DNA from: Acidimicrobiia bacterium
GTDB lineage: Bacteria > Actinomycetota > Acidimicrobiia > Spongiisociales > ZC4RG35
Direction: 5' to 3'
Assembly: GCA_965203555.1 (NCBI GenBank)
Contig: CBDBCY010000004.1
Span: 1,824,001-1,888,000, forward strand
Length of the DNA: 64,000 nucleotides
The translations under genes and the position numbers were made by a program. Below, piece after piece: positions 1 through 10,243 of this stretch (its first letter is position 1; every line of letters starts with the position of its first letter). The notes below the pieces were generated by a model. It did not search any database, was not told where the DNA came from, and was given only the letters and a program-made list of their open reading frames with translations.

Positions 1-114
1 TGACTGTGCCATAACCCCACCGGTCGGCAATCCCCTGACGTAAGGCCTCGTTGCTGTCCCGATCATTCCGTCACGAGAGCGCAGAAGGCCGTCTTCCTGG
101 CCCGCGCCCTACGC

Positions 115-393
115 TTGGACAACCCCCCTTTCACCGGTATCTACCCGGATGTCGCAGAGGGCGCCTGGTATACGCCATTTGTGGAGGCGATGGGCGCCCG
201 CGAGCTTACCGATACTCAGGTTTCGGGAAACTACCGGCCCAATGATCCCATGCTCCGTTCGGAGATGGCCATATTCCTGCAAAGGCGTTTCGCCTCGATC
301 AAGCCGGAAGTCATCCGCCTCCTCATTCCAGGACATCCCCGCAGACGCCGCTTATGCCTTTGCCGCGGAAAGCGATTCTGTAATCCGCTGTAA
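115..393 (+). pseudogene. Degenerate S-layer homology (SLH) domain remnant
   Basis: YPDVAEGAWYTPFVEAM...YRPNDPMLRSEMAIFLQR is SLH-like; the next SLH-like segment (SSFQDIPADAAYAFAAE) lies in another frame, implying a frameshift. Confidence 0.55.
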
Positions 394-603
394 CCTGAGG
401 ATGCGGCGTGGATTCCCTTATGGTGAAGCGTCTCCTCCCAAGGCATCTTCACCGCTCTCAGCGTCGGCGACGCCCGGACTTGCGGTCTCAGACCCGACGG
501 CGCCCTCGAATGCTGGGGCCGCAATCGCAAAGAGGAATGAGTCTGGGTCCATCCCCCGTAGCGGCAGACGGCAACTCGCCCTAAACTGGAAAGACCTCTG
601 CCG

Positions 604-674
604 GCGGGTGTAGTTCAATGGCAGAACACGAGCTTCCCAAGCTCGGAGTGGGGGTTCGATTCCCCTCACCCGCT
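604..674 (+). tRNA. tRNA-Gly (CCC)
   Basis: Acceptor stem GCGGGTG/CACCCGC, D arm TAGTTCAATGGCAGAAC, anticodon arm CGAGC-TTCCCAA-GCTCG, T arm GGGGTTCGATTCCCC. Confidence 0.96.
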
Positions 675-781
675 CTCCACCGGACCACGCCGGTGTGATG
701 GCCGCTCCTGGTCAATCGCAACCCTCTTCGTCCGGCTAGTCTAGACGGCAGATTCCAAAGGCCCGCTCCGTGGAGATTTCT

Positions 782-3700
782 ATGACTGACAGATCGTCCA
801 GATTCGTGACTCTTTTCGTAGTGTCGGCGCTGTTTGCGACCCTCCTGGTCAGCCCCGCCGCAGCGGCTGACGGTGGGACCTACGAGGATGTCTCCTCCCA
901 GAGTCCCCACATCCCGGCAATTGATGCCTTGGGGGCACTGGGACTGTTCGTTGAAACGGATTGCGCCGACGGAAGCTTCTGTCCCGATGAGCCCCTGCCT
1001 CGATGGGTGATGGCGGTATGGGTCGCCCGGGTTATCTACGGCGTCGACCCCCGGGAGGAATCACCGTCGACACGGTTCGTTGACCTGTACGACGACATAG
1101 CGTGGGCGGCCCCCCATATCGAGCAGTTGGTCGACTCGGGCATTATCGAGGGATGCGACGTCGATGCGAAAACGTTCTGCCCCGAGGACGGCCTGACCCG
1201 CGGGGAGATAGCGACGGTTCTGACCCGCGCCTTCAAACTTCCGCCGGCCGGCTACGTCGGGTTCGCAGATCTGGTGGGTGTTGAAAACGCCGACGACATC
1301 CATGCTCTTGCCGCGGCAGGGATAACCGTGGGTTGTTCCGCCGATCCCTTCCTTTACTGCCCCTCTTCGGCTGTAACGAGGGCTCAGATGGCGTCGTTCC
1401 TGGCGCGTGCCGCGGGCCTGGTTGCCAAACCCGGCTATCAGCCGGTGACGGATTCGACCCCCCTGCCCACCGATCCGGCGGTGCGAGTCGGGACCCTGGA
1501 CAACGGTTACACCTACTACCTGCGGCAGAACGACAAACCCGGCAACAGCGTGACGCTGCGATTGGTGGTCAGGGCGGGATCCGTCAATGAACCCGAGCCG
1601 GAGTTGGGCATAGCCCACTTCGTGGAGCACATGCTCTTCAGGGGAACGGAAGCCTACACGGGCGAAGAATTGAACGCCACCCTCCGCTCCCTGGGAGTGG
1701 AATCCGGCCCCGACTTCAACGCCGGCGTCTGGTACGACCAGACCGTCTACGATCTCACCGTCACCACGGATCCTGTGGAGAATGTCGACACGGCGTTGCA
1801 TGTGCTGTCGCAGATGGGTCACGCCGCTCTCATCGAACCGGAGACCGTGGATGCAGAGCGTGGCGTGGTGCTGGACGAGGCCCGGTACCGGACTGCCACT
1901 GCAAGCGGCCAGATCTCAGCCGAGTTCGACCGGATATATACCGAAGGGACACCGTACGAGGGCTACTACCCCATCGGGACCGTGTCCGGTATCGAGTCGA
2001 CCACCGCTGAGGACCTGCGGGACTTCTACGAGACGTGGTACGTACCGTCGAACATGGCTATCGTGGCGGTCGGCGACCTGCCCACCGACGAACTCTACGC
2101 TATGGTCGAACGGCACTTCGGATCGATAGAGTCCGGTGCGGCGCCGGATCTCTCCCTTGCCGAGATCACCCCTGACCGGACGGTCTCCTACGACGTGGTG
2201 ACGGACGACGAATATGGTCTCTCCTTCATCTCGCTCGACATCCCGATCCCGACGTTCGACTACGCCACCGTGGGCGGGAACCGTCTCCTCATGATGGAGA
2301 GCCTGGTCGCCACGATGGTTCAGAACCGACTCGAAGACGCCTTCTATCGCGGTGAACTGACCCAGGTGGATGTGCCCCAGTTCCACGCTTTCAATCACAA
2401 CCAGAGACTGCGTTACTACGGCACCAACTGGCAGGGCGAGAATCTCGACACCGCCTCAAAAGATTATCTTTCGGTATTGCGGACGGTTCAACGGTACGGC
2501 TTCAATGATGACGACCTATCCCGCGCCACTGCGGCGTTCGCCACCTCGCTCCAGTACCAACTTGACAACGCCGTGTCGACGAAGGACCTCGCCTACGCGG
2601 AGAGGTACGTCAGCCACTTTTTGTCCGGGGTGGACATAAGCGAGCCGCAGGAACGCTACGACCGGCTCTCGGCTCTCTTGGATGAGGTCACCGCCAAAGA
2701 GCTGACCGATCACTTCCGCTGGCTGATGAACCGGGCGAACCTGATTGTTATCGCAGTGGGTCCCGATGCAGCCAGCGTGCCCACGACGTCCGCTCTTCAA
2801 GCCGCCGTGGAAGCCGCCCGCCCCCGGAGCGAGCCGCCTCCGATCGAGCCCGAGATCGCCAGGTTGATGGAGATTCCCGAGCCGGTGAGCCCGGTTGCCA
2901 CCCGGACATTGACGGTGCTGGACGCCACCGAATGGGAGTTCGCCAACGGAGCGCGGGTGATGTTCGTTTATTCCGATATCGAAGAATCGACGGTCCACCT
3001 TCGGGCCCGGTCCCTGGGGGGATGGTCGACACTCTATCCGGGCGCCCGTGCTTTGGCGCCGCGGGCGGTGGAAGCGGTGCTGGGCAGCGGTTTCGGTGAT
3101 CTAAGCAAATTGCAGATCGACCGGTTCCTGGGAGATAGCACCGCATCGCTGAACGCCGTCATCAATGAAAGAGAAGAGGGTTTCGACGGCGCCTCCAATC
3201 CTGACGACCTTGGCACGCTGTTCCAACTTCTGCATCTGGCTGTAACCGCTCCCCGGGTGGACGACCTCGCCTTCCAACAGGCTCTGAACGCCGCAGCCAT
3301 CCGCACGTCATTTGCCGAAGTGAATCCTGCCTGGCAGGCTTGGGTGGCCTACAACGAGGCGCGTTTCGGCGCCGAGTGGCACCACCCGGTGGCCACCCGG
3401 GAACAACTGGCCACGCTGAGCGCCGAGTCGCTCCTCGGTCTCTTCCGGGCGCGCCTGGGCGAGGTGGACGACATGATGCTGGCGGTGGTGGGAGACACCA
3501 GCGCCGAAGAGGTCGAACGGCTCGCTCGCCACTATGTCGGGACCCTCCCCGCCGGTGACTCCGATACCTTCGCCGACCGCCACGCACCGGCGCCGACCGA
3601 ACTGGTGCGGCGGGAAATACCGGTAACCGCGGACATGAGCGCCGTGTTGCAAATGTATAATGACACCCCGGTTTCCGATTCTCCGTCTGTTCGGGTCAAT

Positions 3701-4174
3701 GGCGACGTGCTGGAATCGATCCTGGATGATCGCCTCTTCCGGCTGGTCCGTGAAGAGTTGGGCGCCTCTTATGTTGCCGGGGTCTCGATTCAAACGGCCT
3801 TGACGCCCACACCCACGATCTACTCGAACCTCTTCTACACGGTTGACGCCGACGGTTATGAAAACGCCTACCAGCAGGTTCTCTCGATTCTGGCCGATCT
3901 GGTCGCCAACGGACCCACCGCCGAGGAACTGGAGCAGGCCAGGACCGTTCTCCGGGCCGACTACAGCGAGCCCAGCAACGGCGCCCTGCTCAGCGTTCTC
4001 ATCAACCGCCTGTACCTCGACGACGACAACCTGCCCACCTCCCAGGGTTCCCTGGAAGAACTCGATGCGGTCACCATCGCTTCGGTGCAGTCCCTGGCCG
4101 CCGTTCTCTACGACAAGGAAGGGCGCGTGGAGATCGTGCGGGTCCCGACCGCCAATCCGGACGGAAGCGGGTAA
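782..4174 (+). CDS. Secreted SLH-domain protein fused to an M16 (PqqL/insulinase-like) zinc peptidase
   Basis: Signal peptide ending PAAAA; SLH repeats ([31 protein letters not shown]); [10 protein letters not shown], inverted zinc motif HFVEH, second-half FANGARV. Confidence 0.88.
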   Translation: MTDRSSRFVTLFVVSALFATLLVSPAAAADGGTYEDVSSQSPHIPAIDALGALGLFVETDCADGSFCPDEPLPRWVMAVWVARVIYGVDPREESPSTRFVDLYDDIAWAAPHIEQLVDSGIIEGCDVDAKTFCPEDGLTRGEIATVLTRAFKLPPAGYVGFADLVGVENADDIHALAAAGITVGCSADPFLYCPSSAVTRAQMASFLARAAGLVAKPGYQPVTDSTPLPTDPAVRVGTLDNGYTYYLRQNDKPGNSVTLRLVVRAGSVNEPEPELGIAHFVEHMLFRGTEAYTGEELNATLRSLGVESGPDFNAGVWYDQTVYDLTVTTDPVENVDTALHVLSQMGHAALIEPETVDAERGVVLDEARYRTATASGQISAEFDRIYTEGTPYEGYYPIGTVSGIESTTAEDLRDFYETWYVPSNMAIVAVGDLPTDELYAMVERHFGSIESGAAPDLSLAEITPDRTVSYDVVTDDEYGLSFISLDIPIPTFDYATVGGNRLLMMESLVATMVQNRLEDAFYRGELTQVDVPQFHAFNHNQRLRYYGTNWQGENLDTASKDYLSVLRTVQRYGFNDDDLSRATAAFATSLQYQLDNAVSTKDLAYAERYVSHFLSGVDISEPQERYDRLSALLDEVTAKELTDHFRWLMNRANLIVIAVGPDAASVPTTSALQAAVEAARPRSEPPPIEPEIARLMEIPEPVSPVATRTLTVLDATEWEFANGARVMFVYSDIEESTVHLRARSLGGWSTLYPGARALAPRAVEAVLGSGFGDLSKLQIDRFLGDSTASLNAVINEREEGFDGASNPDDLGTLFQLLHLAVTAPRVDDLAFQQALNAAAIRTSFAEVNPAWQAWVAYNEARFGAEWHHPVATREQLATLSAESLLGLFRARLGEVDDMMLAVVGDTSAEEVERLARHYVGTLPAGDSDTFADRHAPAPTELVRREIPVTADMSAVLQMYNDTPVSDSPSVRVNGDVLESILDDRLFRLVREELGASYVAGVSIQTALTPTPTIYSNLFYTVDADGYENAYQQVLSILADLVANGPTAEELEQARTVLRADYSEPSNGALLSVLINRLYLDDDNLPTSQGSLEELDAVTIASVQSLAAVLYDKEGRVEIVRVPTANPDGSG

Positions 4175-4263
4175 GAGTTGACGCAAGTGATGGGATGGCG
4201 GCGGACTCCCCGCCGCCATCCAGTCCCAAGCAGGCAGTTTGTCGCTTCAAGGTATGGGAAACC

Positions 4264-4836
4264 GTGATCTTTTCTGACCGATCGATTCGGGAGGCCCTTT
4301 CCGAAGGCCGACTGGAAATCGATCCCTTCGAGGAATCCAACGTCCAACCTTCGAGCGTCGACTTGCGAGTCGCCTCCACCTTCAGAGTGTTCGCCAACCA
4401 TCTCTATCCCTACATAGATCCTCGCCGGCCTCAGGAGAACCTCACCAGTCTTCATGACGTGGGACGCGATGATCACTTCATCCTGCATCCCGGTGAGTTC
4501 GCCCTGGGCGCCACCTTGGAGCGGGTCCGGTTGGACAATGACATCGTGGCCCGTTTGGAGGGAAAGTCCAGTTTGGGGAGGCTGGGTTTATTGATCCACT
4601 CCACGGCTGGATTCGTTGATCCCGGCTTCAATGGTCACCTCACCTTGGAACTCTCCAACGTCGCCCAGCTTCCCATCGCCATCTACCCCGGAATGCGGAT
4701 CGGGCAGATCAGCTTCTACCAGATGACCACGCCGGCCGACAACCCCTACGGAAGCGGGGTGATCGGCTCCAAATACCAGGGCCAGGCCGGACCCACGGCC
4801 AGCCGGAGTCACCAGGACTTTCGCATCGGCGGCTAG
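4264..4836 (+). CDS. dcd: dCTP deaminase
   Basis: [45 protein letters not shown]; GTG start chosen from the family N-terminus. Confidence 0.95.
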   Translation: MIFSDRSIREALSEGRLEIDPFEESNVQPSSVDLRVASTFRVFANHLYPYIDPRRPQENLTSLHDVGRDDHFILHPGEFALGATLERVRLDNDIVARLEGKSSLGRLGLLIHSTAGFVDPGFNGHLTLELSNVAQLPIAIYPGMRIGQISFYQMTTPADNPYGSGVIGSKYQGQAGPTASRSHQDFRIGG

Positions 4837-4939
4837 GAATGGGCTGTTTCTGAATAGCGACCAGGAATAAGTGTTAAGAGGGGTGGCTCGTGATGGGCGA
4901 TATGTGAACGGCAGCCGTCATCACTGACAGAAAGTCGCG

Positions 4940-4973
4940 AAAAAAGCGGGTGCCCTTTCGGGCCCACTCCCGC
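4940..4973 (-). terminator. Intrinsic terminator (minus strand)
   Basis: GCGGGAGTGGGCCC-GAAA-GGGCACCCGC followed by TTTTTT. Confidence 0.7.
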
Positions 4974-5120
4974 CTCCACCTTGCCGGGTCTAACAACCCC
5001 CGTCCAGCCGGGAACAGGCTTTGCCCAGACATCTGATCCCTCGACGCGGTCCGAACGACGCCGGATCGGACCGTCTCGGTGTTTGGCTCTCATCAATATG
5101 AACCCCTCCCTGGGACAGAA
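4940..5120 (-). ncRNA. Candidate structured small RNA, family unassigned
   Basis: Intergenic rod-like pairing (CGGTCCGA/TCGGACCG core, flanking stems with G-U pairs) ending in a terminator; no convincing ORF. Confidence 0.3.
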
Positions 5121-5234
5121 TCAACCTCCGAATCACTTTTTGTTTCACAACCTGTGACAAGACCGAACGGCAAAATCGGTGTCCCACCACGACAACTCGA
5201 GTCAGTCTCCCGCATTGTCCCGACCGCAATAGCC

Positions 5235-6242
5235 TCAGTACTCGTGGTCGGCGCGGCGCTGGCGGGAAGGCTGCACCCGCGGCGGCTCTCCCGGTTGTTT
5301 GGGATAGTGGGGAGGCCAGGGGGCGTCTCCCAGGCCGTACTCCTCCTCGTCGCGAACCACCCATTCCAAGAGAGTGTGGACTTCCCCCGCCGCCTCATCG
5401 ATCCCCTCGGTCAAATCGCCAACCTCCCGGTACCTGGCCGCGAACCGATCCATGGGAAAGTCTTCGATCTCCACGTCGGGCAGTTCCTCCCAGGCGAGGG
5501 GCGCCGATACATATCCGGTGGGTCTCACTCCGTAGGCCGATGAGACGGTCTTGTCCCGGGCGTTCTGGTTGTAGTCGACAAAGATTCCCTTGCGTTCTTC
5601 CTTCCACCATTTGGTGGTGACCAGACCGGGCAGTCGCCTCTCCAGCTCCCTGGCGAAGGCCAGCACCGCCCTCCGGGTGTGATGGAAGTCATAGGCGCGT
5701 TCTATCCGGACATACACGTGAATCCCCCGGCTTCCGGAGGTCTTGGGCCATCCCCGCAGTCCCACCTCCTCCAGCAACGCGCCTGCTGCCAACGCCACCT
5801 CCTTCACATGGGGGAACCCGAACCCGGGCGTGGGATCGAAGTCGAACCGCAACTCATCGGGGTGGTCGATGTCGTCGGCGCGAACCGGCCAGGGATGCAG
5901 GTCCAGGCACCCCAACTGCGCCAACCGGACGATGTCGGCCTCGGTGGTGGGCACGTTCATCACCCCCGGGCGTTGCGACGGAAACCGAATGTCCACCGTC
6001 TTGAAGGGAGTTCTCCGCTGGGCTCGCTTTTGATAGACGGGAGGCTGCTCCACCCCTTTCATGTAGCGCTTGAGCATGGTGGGGCGGTTGGCCACCCCTC
6101 GCAGCGCTCCCTCCGCGCAAACGACGAAATGCTCGACCACATCCAGCTTGGTCCAGCCCTGTTTCGGAAACACCACCCGGGACGGACTGGAGATCCTCAC
6201 CTCCTCGCCTGCTACCTCGACGAAGGCGACTTCTTTGGCCAT
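5235..6242 (-). CDS. ligD: Stand-alone LigD-type primase-polymerase domain protein
   Basis: ISSPSRVVFP, TKLDVVEHF, DELRFDFDP, KTSGSRGIHV, IFVDYNQNARDKT; no ligase domain. Confidence 0.88.
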   Translation of the reverse strand: MAKEVAFVEVAGEEVRISSPSRVVFPKQGWTKLDVVEHFVVCAEGALRGVANRPTMLKRYMKGVEQPPVYQKRAQRRTPFKTVDIRFPSQRPGVMNVPTTEADIVRLAQLGCLDLHPWPVRADDIDHPDELRFDFDPTPGFGFPHVKEVALAAGALLEEVGLRGWPKTSGSRGIHVYVRIERAYDFHHTRRAVLAFARELERRLPGLVTTKWWKEERKGIFVDYNQNARDKTVSSAYGVRPTGYVSAPLAWEELPDVEIEDFPMDRFAARYREVGDLTEGIDEAAGEVHTLLEWVVRDEEEYGLGDAPWPPHYPKQPGEPPRVQPSRQRRADHEY

Positions 6243-6360
6243 CACAAGGCGGTAGCTTATCTGGAAGGTTGATGGGTGATTCTTCAAGACCACTCCGTCC
6301 TCGCGCCCCAAATCCCTCCGGGTGCAACAGGACGGGCCGATCAGGGGTTCTTTTAAGTAG

Positions 6361-6888
6361 ATGGACGATTTAGCCGAGGCTTTGGCGGCGGACCTGGACA
6401 AGGCCTTTCCCGATCTGGTGTCCCGGTTGCAGAACGGCGTTTTCAGCGGACTGCGCCAACTCACAGGAGATCACCATCAAGCCGAAGATCTGACCCAGGA
6501 AGCCTTCATCCGGGCATACCGGGTAATGCAGACCTATCCTGCCGAACGCATCCGCACCATGCGTCTGCGGGGTTGGGTGTGGACTATCGCCCTGAATCTG
6601 TTGCGTAACCAGGCTCGCGCCGAATCACGACACCCGAGGCCGGTGAGGCTGGAGGAAGTCGGCTACCTTCCGGCGTCGCCTCCGGACTCTGCGGCTTGGC
6701 GCCGGCGATGGATGCTTTTGTCCACAGCCCAAAGAACGGCGGTGATCCTCCGGCATGTGGCAGGTCTTTCCTACCGGGAGATCTCAGAGGCGACCGACCG
6801 TCCCCAAAATACCGTGCGAAGCGACGTCCGCCGCGGGCTCAGCCGGCTGCGTTCCATCATCGCAGAAGAGAACAGGAGTAGCGAATGA
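6361..6888 (+). CDS. ECF RNA polymerase sigma factor
   Basis: Region 2 AEDLTQEAFIRAY...WVWTIALN; region 4 LSYREISEAT...NTVRSDVRRGLSRLR. Confidence 0.9.
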   Translation: MDDLAEALAADLDKAFPDLVSRLQNGVFSGLRQLTGDHHQAEDLTQEAFIRAYRVMQTYPAERIRTMRLRGWVWTIALNLLRNQARAESRHPRPVRLEEVGYLPASPPDSAAWRRRWMLLSTAQRTAVILRHVAGLSYREISEATDRPQNTVRSDVRRGLSRLRSIIAEENRSSE

Positions 6889-7457
6889 ACCCGGAAAAGG
6901 AGTTGGGCCGTTTGATCATCACCGCCCCACCCGCAGTTGCGGAGGGGGTGGCCCTCGGCACCGGTCTGTCCGATGGATTCTCGGTGTTCGAATCGCCGCT
7001 GGGGCCGGTGATGGTGGCCTTCAATCCCCTGGGCGTGTCGGCGGTCGACCTGCTCAGCAAGGGATTCGAACAGCGATTCGAGCAACGGTTCCGAAGAGGC
7101 CTGTTGGAAGCCCGGCCGCCCCGGGACTGGAACGACCTGATTCTCCGTGCACTGGCGGAAGGCATGCCCGGGGCTCTTCCGGTGGATTTCCGCTCGGTTA
7201 CCACCTTTCAGAAGAAGGTGCTGGAGGAGACCGCCGCCATCCCCCGCGGAGAGACCCGTTCGTACGGATGGCTGGCTCGCCGGACCGGGCGCCCCAAGGC
7301 GGCCCGGGCGGTGGGACAGACCATGGCCCGAAACCCCGTCCCCATGGTGATCCCCTGCCACCGAGTAGTCCGCTCCGATGGCCGGATTGGACATTACGGG
7401 CTGGGTGGCGTCGACAACAAGCGGACATTGCTTCGGGTAGAGGGCGCCATAGGGTAG
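6885..7457 (+). CDS. ogt: Methylated-DNA-protein-cysteine S-methyltransferase
   Basis: IPRGETRSYG, AARAVG, active site IPCHRVV; ATGA overlap with the sigma gene. Confidence 0.92.
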   Translation: MNPEKELGRLIITAPPAVAEGVALGTGLSDGFSVFESPLGPVMVAFNPLGVSAVDLLSKGFEQRFEQRFRRGLLEARPPRDWNDLILRALAEGMPGALPVDFRSVTTFQKKVLEETAAIPRGETRSYGWLARRTGRPKAARAVGQTMARNPVPMVIPCHRVVRSDGRIGHYGLGGVDNKRTLLRVEGAIG

Positions 7458-7593
7458 GAACACCTTCGGCCAGGGGTAGGGATCGTCACGGAAACCAGAA
7501 GCCGAGCCTTCCCGCTATTGTGTCGGAAAGTTCACCCAAATCCCCGCACCCCCCTTTGGACAATCATCGCATGACTGAACACCAGGAGAAACC

Positions 7594-9057
7594 TTGAACA
7601 GCCACCCGGCATCGACGAATCTTCCCATCACCGACGGCCTGCTGGTGATCGTAAAAGATGAGTGCGAGACCTGCCATCTGACAATTCCGGTGCTGGAGGA
7701 GTTGATCCGGGGAGGGAAATCCCTGGCGGTGGTCTCACAGGACCGGGCAGACTTCCCTCCCGGCATGGAGGTCGTCCACGACCTTGAACTGGACATCTCT
7801 TGGAAGCTATCCGTCGAAACCACCCCCACCATCTACCGAATCGAGAGCGGGGAGGTGGTCGATCAGCAGGAGGGGTGGCTGAGGAACGGTTGGGAAAGAG
7901 TGGCTGCCGTCAGCGACCTGGGACTTGGCCTTCCGGACCAGCGACCCGGATGCGGCTCGGACACCATGTTGCCCGAGACATATCAGCGTCTGATGCGACG
8001 ACACTCCCCTCACCCGCTGGCGTCGCGGCGGGTGGAGTTGGGAAGCTCCGAAGATCCCATGGAAGCGGCCTTCGCCCGCGGGTGGACCGATGGTCTGCCC
8101 GTGACGCCGCCCACCGAGGAAAGGGTGGCCAGGATGCTGCAGGGAACCGACCTTTCCTCCGATCAACTGGTCTGCGTGCTTCCACCCGACCTGGCCGAAT
8201 GCACCGTGGAAAAGGTGGCGATCAACGCGGTGATGGCCGGGTGTCTGCCCGAGTACCTGCCGGTGGTTCTTGCCGCGGTGAGGGCGGCCGCCACCAGTCG
8301 CTTCAACATCCACGGCATCTCGGCCACCACGTACTTCACAGGGCCGGTGCTGGTGGTGAACGGTCCGATCCGCCGACGGATAGGGATGAATTCCGGCATC
8401 AACGCGCTCGGCCAGGGCAACCGGGCGAACATGACCATCGGGCGAGCCCTCAACCTGGTGGTGCGCAACGTGGGAGGCGCCCGACCCGGAGGGGTGGACC
8501 GGGCCGCACTGGGAAGCCCCGGAAAGCTCTCCTTCTGCTTTCCCGAGGACGAAGAGAGGTCACCCTGGGAACCGCTGTCGGTTGAGCGAGGGTTTTCTCC
8601 CGAGGACTCCACAGTCACCCTCTTCGCCGGTCACGGGCCGATCGAGATAGTCGACCAGCGATCCCGCTCTCCCGAGTCATTGGCCAAGACCTTCGCCTGG
8701 CAGTTGCGCATGCTCGGACATCCCAAGATTGCCGGATTGTCCGACGCCATTGTGGTGGTTTCCCCCGAGCATGCTCGTGTTTTCCGGGAAGCGAATTGGT
8801 CCAAGACTCGGCTCCGCCGGGAAATCTTCTCCCTGCTGACTCTTCCCGCCGAACAGATGGCGGCCGGCGCCGACGGAGTGGCGGAGGGTCTTCCTCCTCA
8901 CGTCGCCGCCGTCAAGCAGAAAGTAATGAAATTCGCACCCGACGGACTCTGGTTCGTTCACGCCGGAGGGGATGCCGGCATGTTCTCTGCGATAATCTCC
9001 GGATGGATAGGTGGAGCAGCCAGTTCGCGGATGACGACCGTGGCCATCGAAAGTTGA
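7594..9057 (+). CDS. Thioredoxin-fold (CxxC) protein fused to a conserved domain of unknown function; partner of the UGSC protein
   Basis: VKDECETC, ETTPT, RPGCGS, then GWTDGLPVTPPTEERV...VEKVAINAVMAGC...GNRANMTIGRAL; AGGAG RBS before TTG. Confidence 0.8.
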   Translation: MNSHPASTNLPITDGLLVIVKDECETCHLTIPVLEELIRGGKSLAVVSQDRADFPPGMEVVHDLELDISWKLSVETTPTIYRIESGEVVDQQEGWLRNGWERVAAVSDLGLGLPDQRPGCGSDTMLPETYQRLMRRHSPHPLASRRVELGSSEDPMEAAFARGWTDGLPVTPPTEERVARMLQGTDLSSDQLVCVLPPDLAECTVEKVAINAVMAGCLPEYLPVVLAAVRAAATSRFNIHGISATTYFTGPVLVVNGPIRRRIGMNSGINALGQGNRANMTIGRALNLVVRNVGGARPGGVDRAALGSPGKLSFCFPEDEERSPWEPLSVERGFSPEDSTVTLFAGHGPIEIVDQRSRSPESLAKTFAWQLRMLGHPKIAGLSDAIVVVSPEHARVFREANWSKTRLRREIFSLLTLPAEQMAAGADGVAEGLPPHVAAVKQKVMKFAPDGLWFVHAGGDAGMFSAIISGWIGGAASSRMTTVAIES

Positions 9058-9068
9058 AGGAACGCCAT

Positions 9069-9581
9069 ATGACCGCATTGCTAGACCCGACCAGCGAACG
9101 AGTAACACATACGCGCTCTTTGAGTCCCCGAATCTCCGATCTCACCACCGGCACGGTCGCTTTGCTGGACATCTCCAAACCCAGAGGCGACGTGTTCATC
9201 AGGAGATTGGAAGAGCTGTTCTCCCAGAGAGGAGTCTCGGTGCGCCATTACCGCAAGCCCACCTTCTCCAAACCGGCGCCGCTCGATCTGCGCCAGCGCA
9301 TCGCCGCCGAGTGCATGGCGGTGGTGGAAGCTTTAGCCGACTGAGGATCGTGCGCGTCGTGCAGTGTGCACGACCTCGTTGATCTTGAAGACCGGGGAGT
9401 TGCCGGAGTGTTCGTGGCTTCTGATCGCTTCGCGCAGGCCGCCGAGACCCAGGGAAAAGCCCTCGGCATGCATCCCCGCCGGGTGCTGACCACCCATCCC
9501 ATCCAGGACCGAAGCGACCAGGAGATGAAGGCTCTCGCCGAGGCCGCCTTCCCGGAGATTCTCTCCGCACTGTCGGCCTGA
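9069..9581 (+). CDS. UGSC-family selenoprotein (Sec at TGA 9342-9344)
   Basis: ORFs 8796-9344 and 9366-9581 are in the same frame; read-through gives EALAD-U-GSCASCSVHD; ATG 9069 follows an AAGGA RBS; SECIS-like hairpin downstream. Confidence 0.88.
9345..9378 (+). promoter_or_regulatory. Bacterial SECIS-like element
   Basis: Perfect 8-bp stem GTCGTGCA-GTG-TGCACGAC (9356-9374) starting 11 nt after the TGA, with G first in the loop. Confidence 0.72.
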
Positions 9582-9584
9582 GCC

Positions 9585-10061
9585 GTGGCGCCTCGGATAA
9601 GCGCCGGGCTGATGGTCTACAGACGCCGCCCCTCCCGGCCCATCGAGGTGCTGCTCGGCCATTACGGGGGGCCGTTCTGGGCTCGGCGCGACCGCGGGGC
9701 CTGGACCGTTTTCAAGGGAAGATCCCACCAGGGCGAAACCCCCTTGGAAACCGCCACCCGCGAATTCGAGGAAGAGACCGGCTGGTCGGCGCCACCGGGC
9801 CCCTGGACGTCACTCCCTCAAGTCAAAGCCGCCAACCAGATCATGAACATCTGGGCGGTGGAAGCCGACTACGACCCGGCCGCTCTCCGACCGGGATTGT
9901 TCACGATGGAATGGCCGCTCCGGTCCGGGAAGTTCCGAGAATTCCCGGAAATCGACCGGGCGCAGTGGTTTTCCGTCCCCGAAGCCCGCCTCAAGATGCC
10001 CGGCAGCCAGGCTGTCCTTCTGGATCACCTGGTCCGGTTACTCGACAATCCTCTTACCTGA
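9585..10061 (+). CDS. NUDIX hydrolase (COG4119-like)
   Basis: SAGLMVYR, GGPFWARRD.GAW, GETPLETATREFEEETG, FPEIDRAQWF. Confidence 0.9.
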   Translation: MAPRISAGLMVYRRRPSRPIEVLLGHYGGPFWARRDRGAWTVFKGRSHQGETPLETATREFEEETGWSAPPGPWTSLPQVKAANQIMNIWAVEADYDPAALRPGLFTMEWPLRSGKFREFPEIDRAQWFSVPEARLKMPGSQAVLLDHLVRLLDNPLT

Positions 10062-10243
10062 TCCCCTACCTCGAAACAGGCTGGATTACTCCGTATCAAA
10101 ACGGAGACAACACCTCAACTGGTGGATTTCCACCTACCCGCGCGGCCTCTTAGCCGGAACCCTTGGTGAGCAAGCACAACATCTAAACAGTCTATAGATA
10201 TCTATGAAATCTAAAGAATATCTGTCGATATCCCTTCTGCGAT

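Noticed and set aside
604-680. tRNA-Gly as an island attachment site
   Set aside because: No duplicated tRNA 3' end or integrase seen
4965-4990. T-box riboswitch (AAGGTGGAGGCG on the minus strand)
   Set aside because: Lacks the UGGNACC consensus, and no gene lies downstream on that strand
7571-7597. Short ORF MTEHQEKP-TGA as a second Sec read-through
   Set aside because: Out of frame with the downstream gene, which has its own RBS and TTG start
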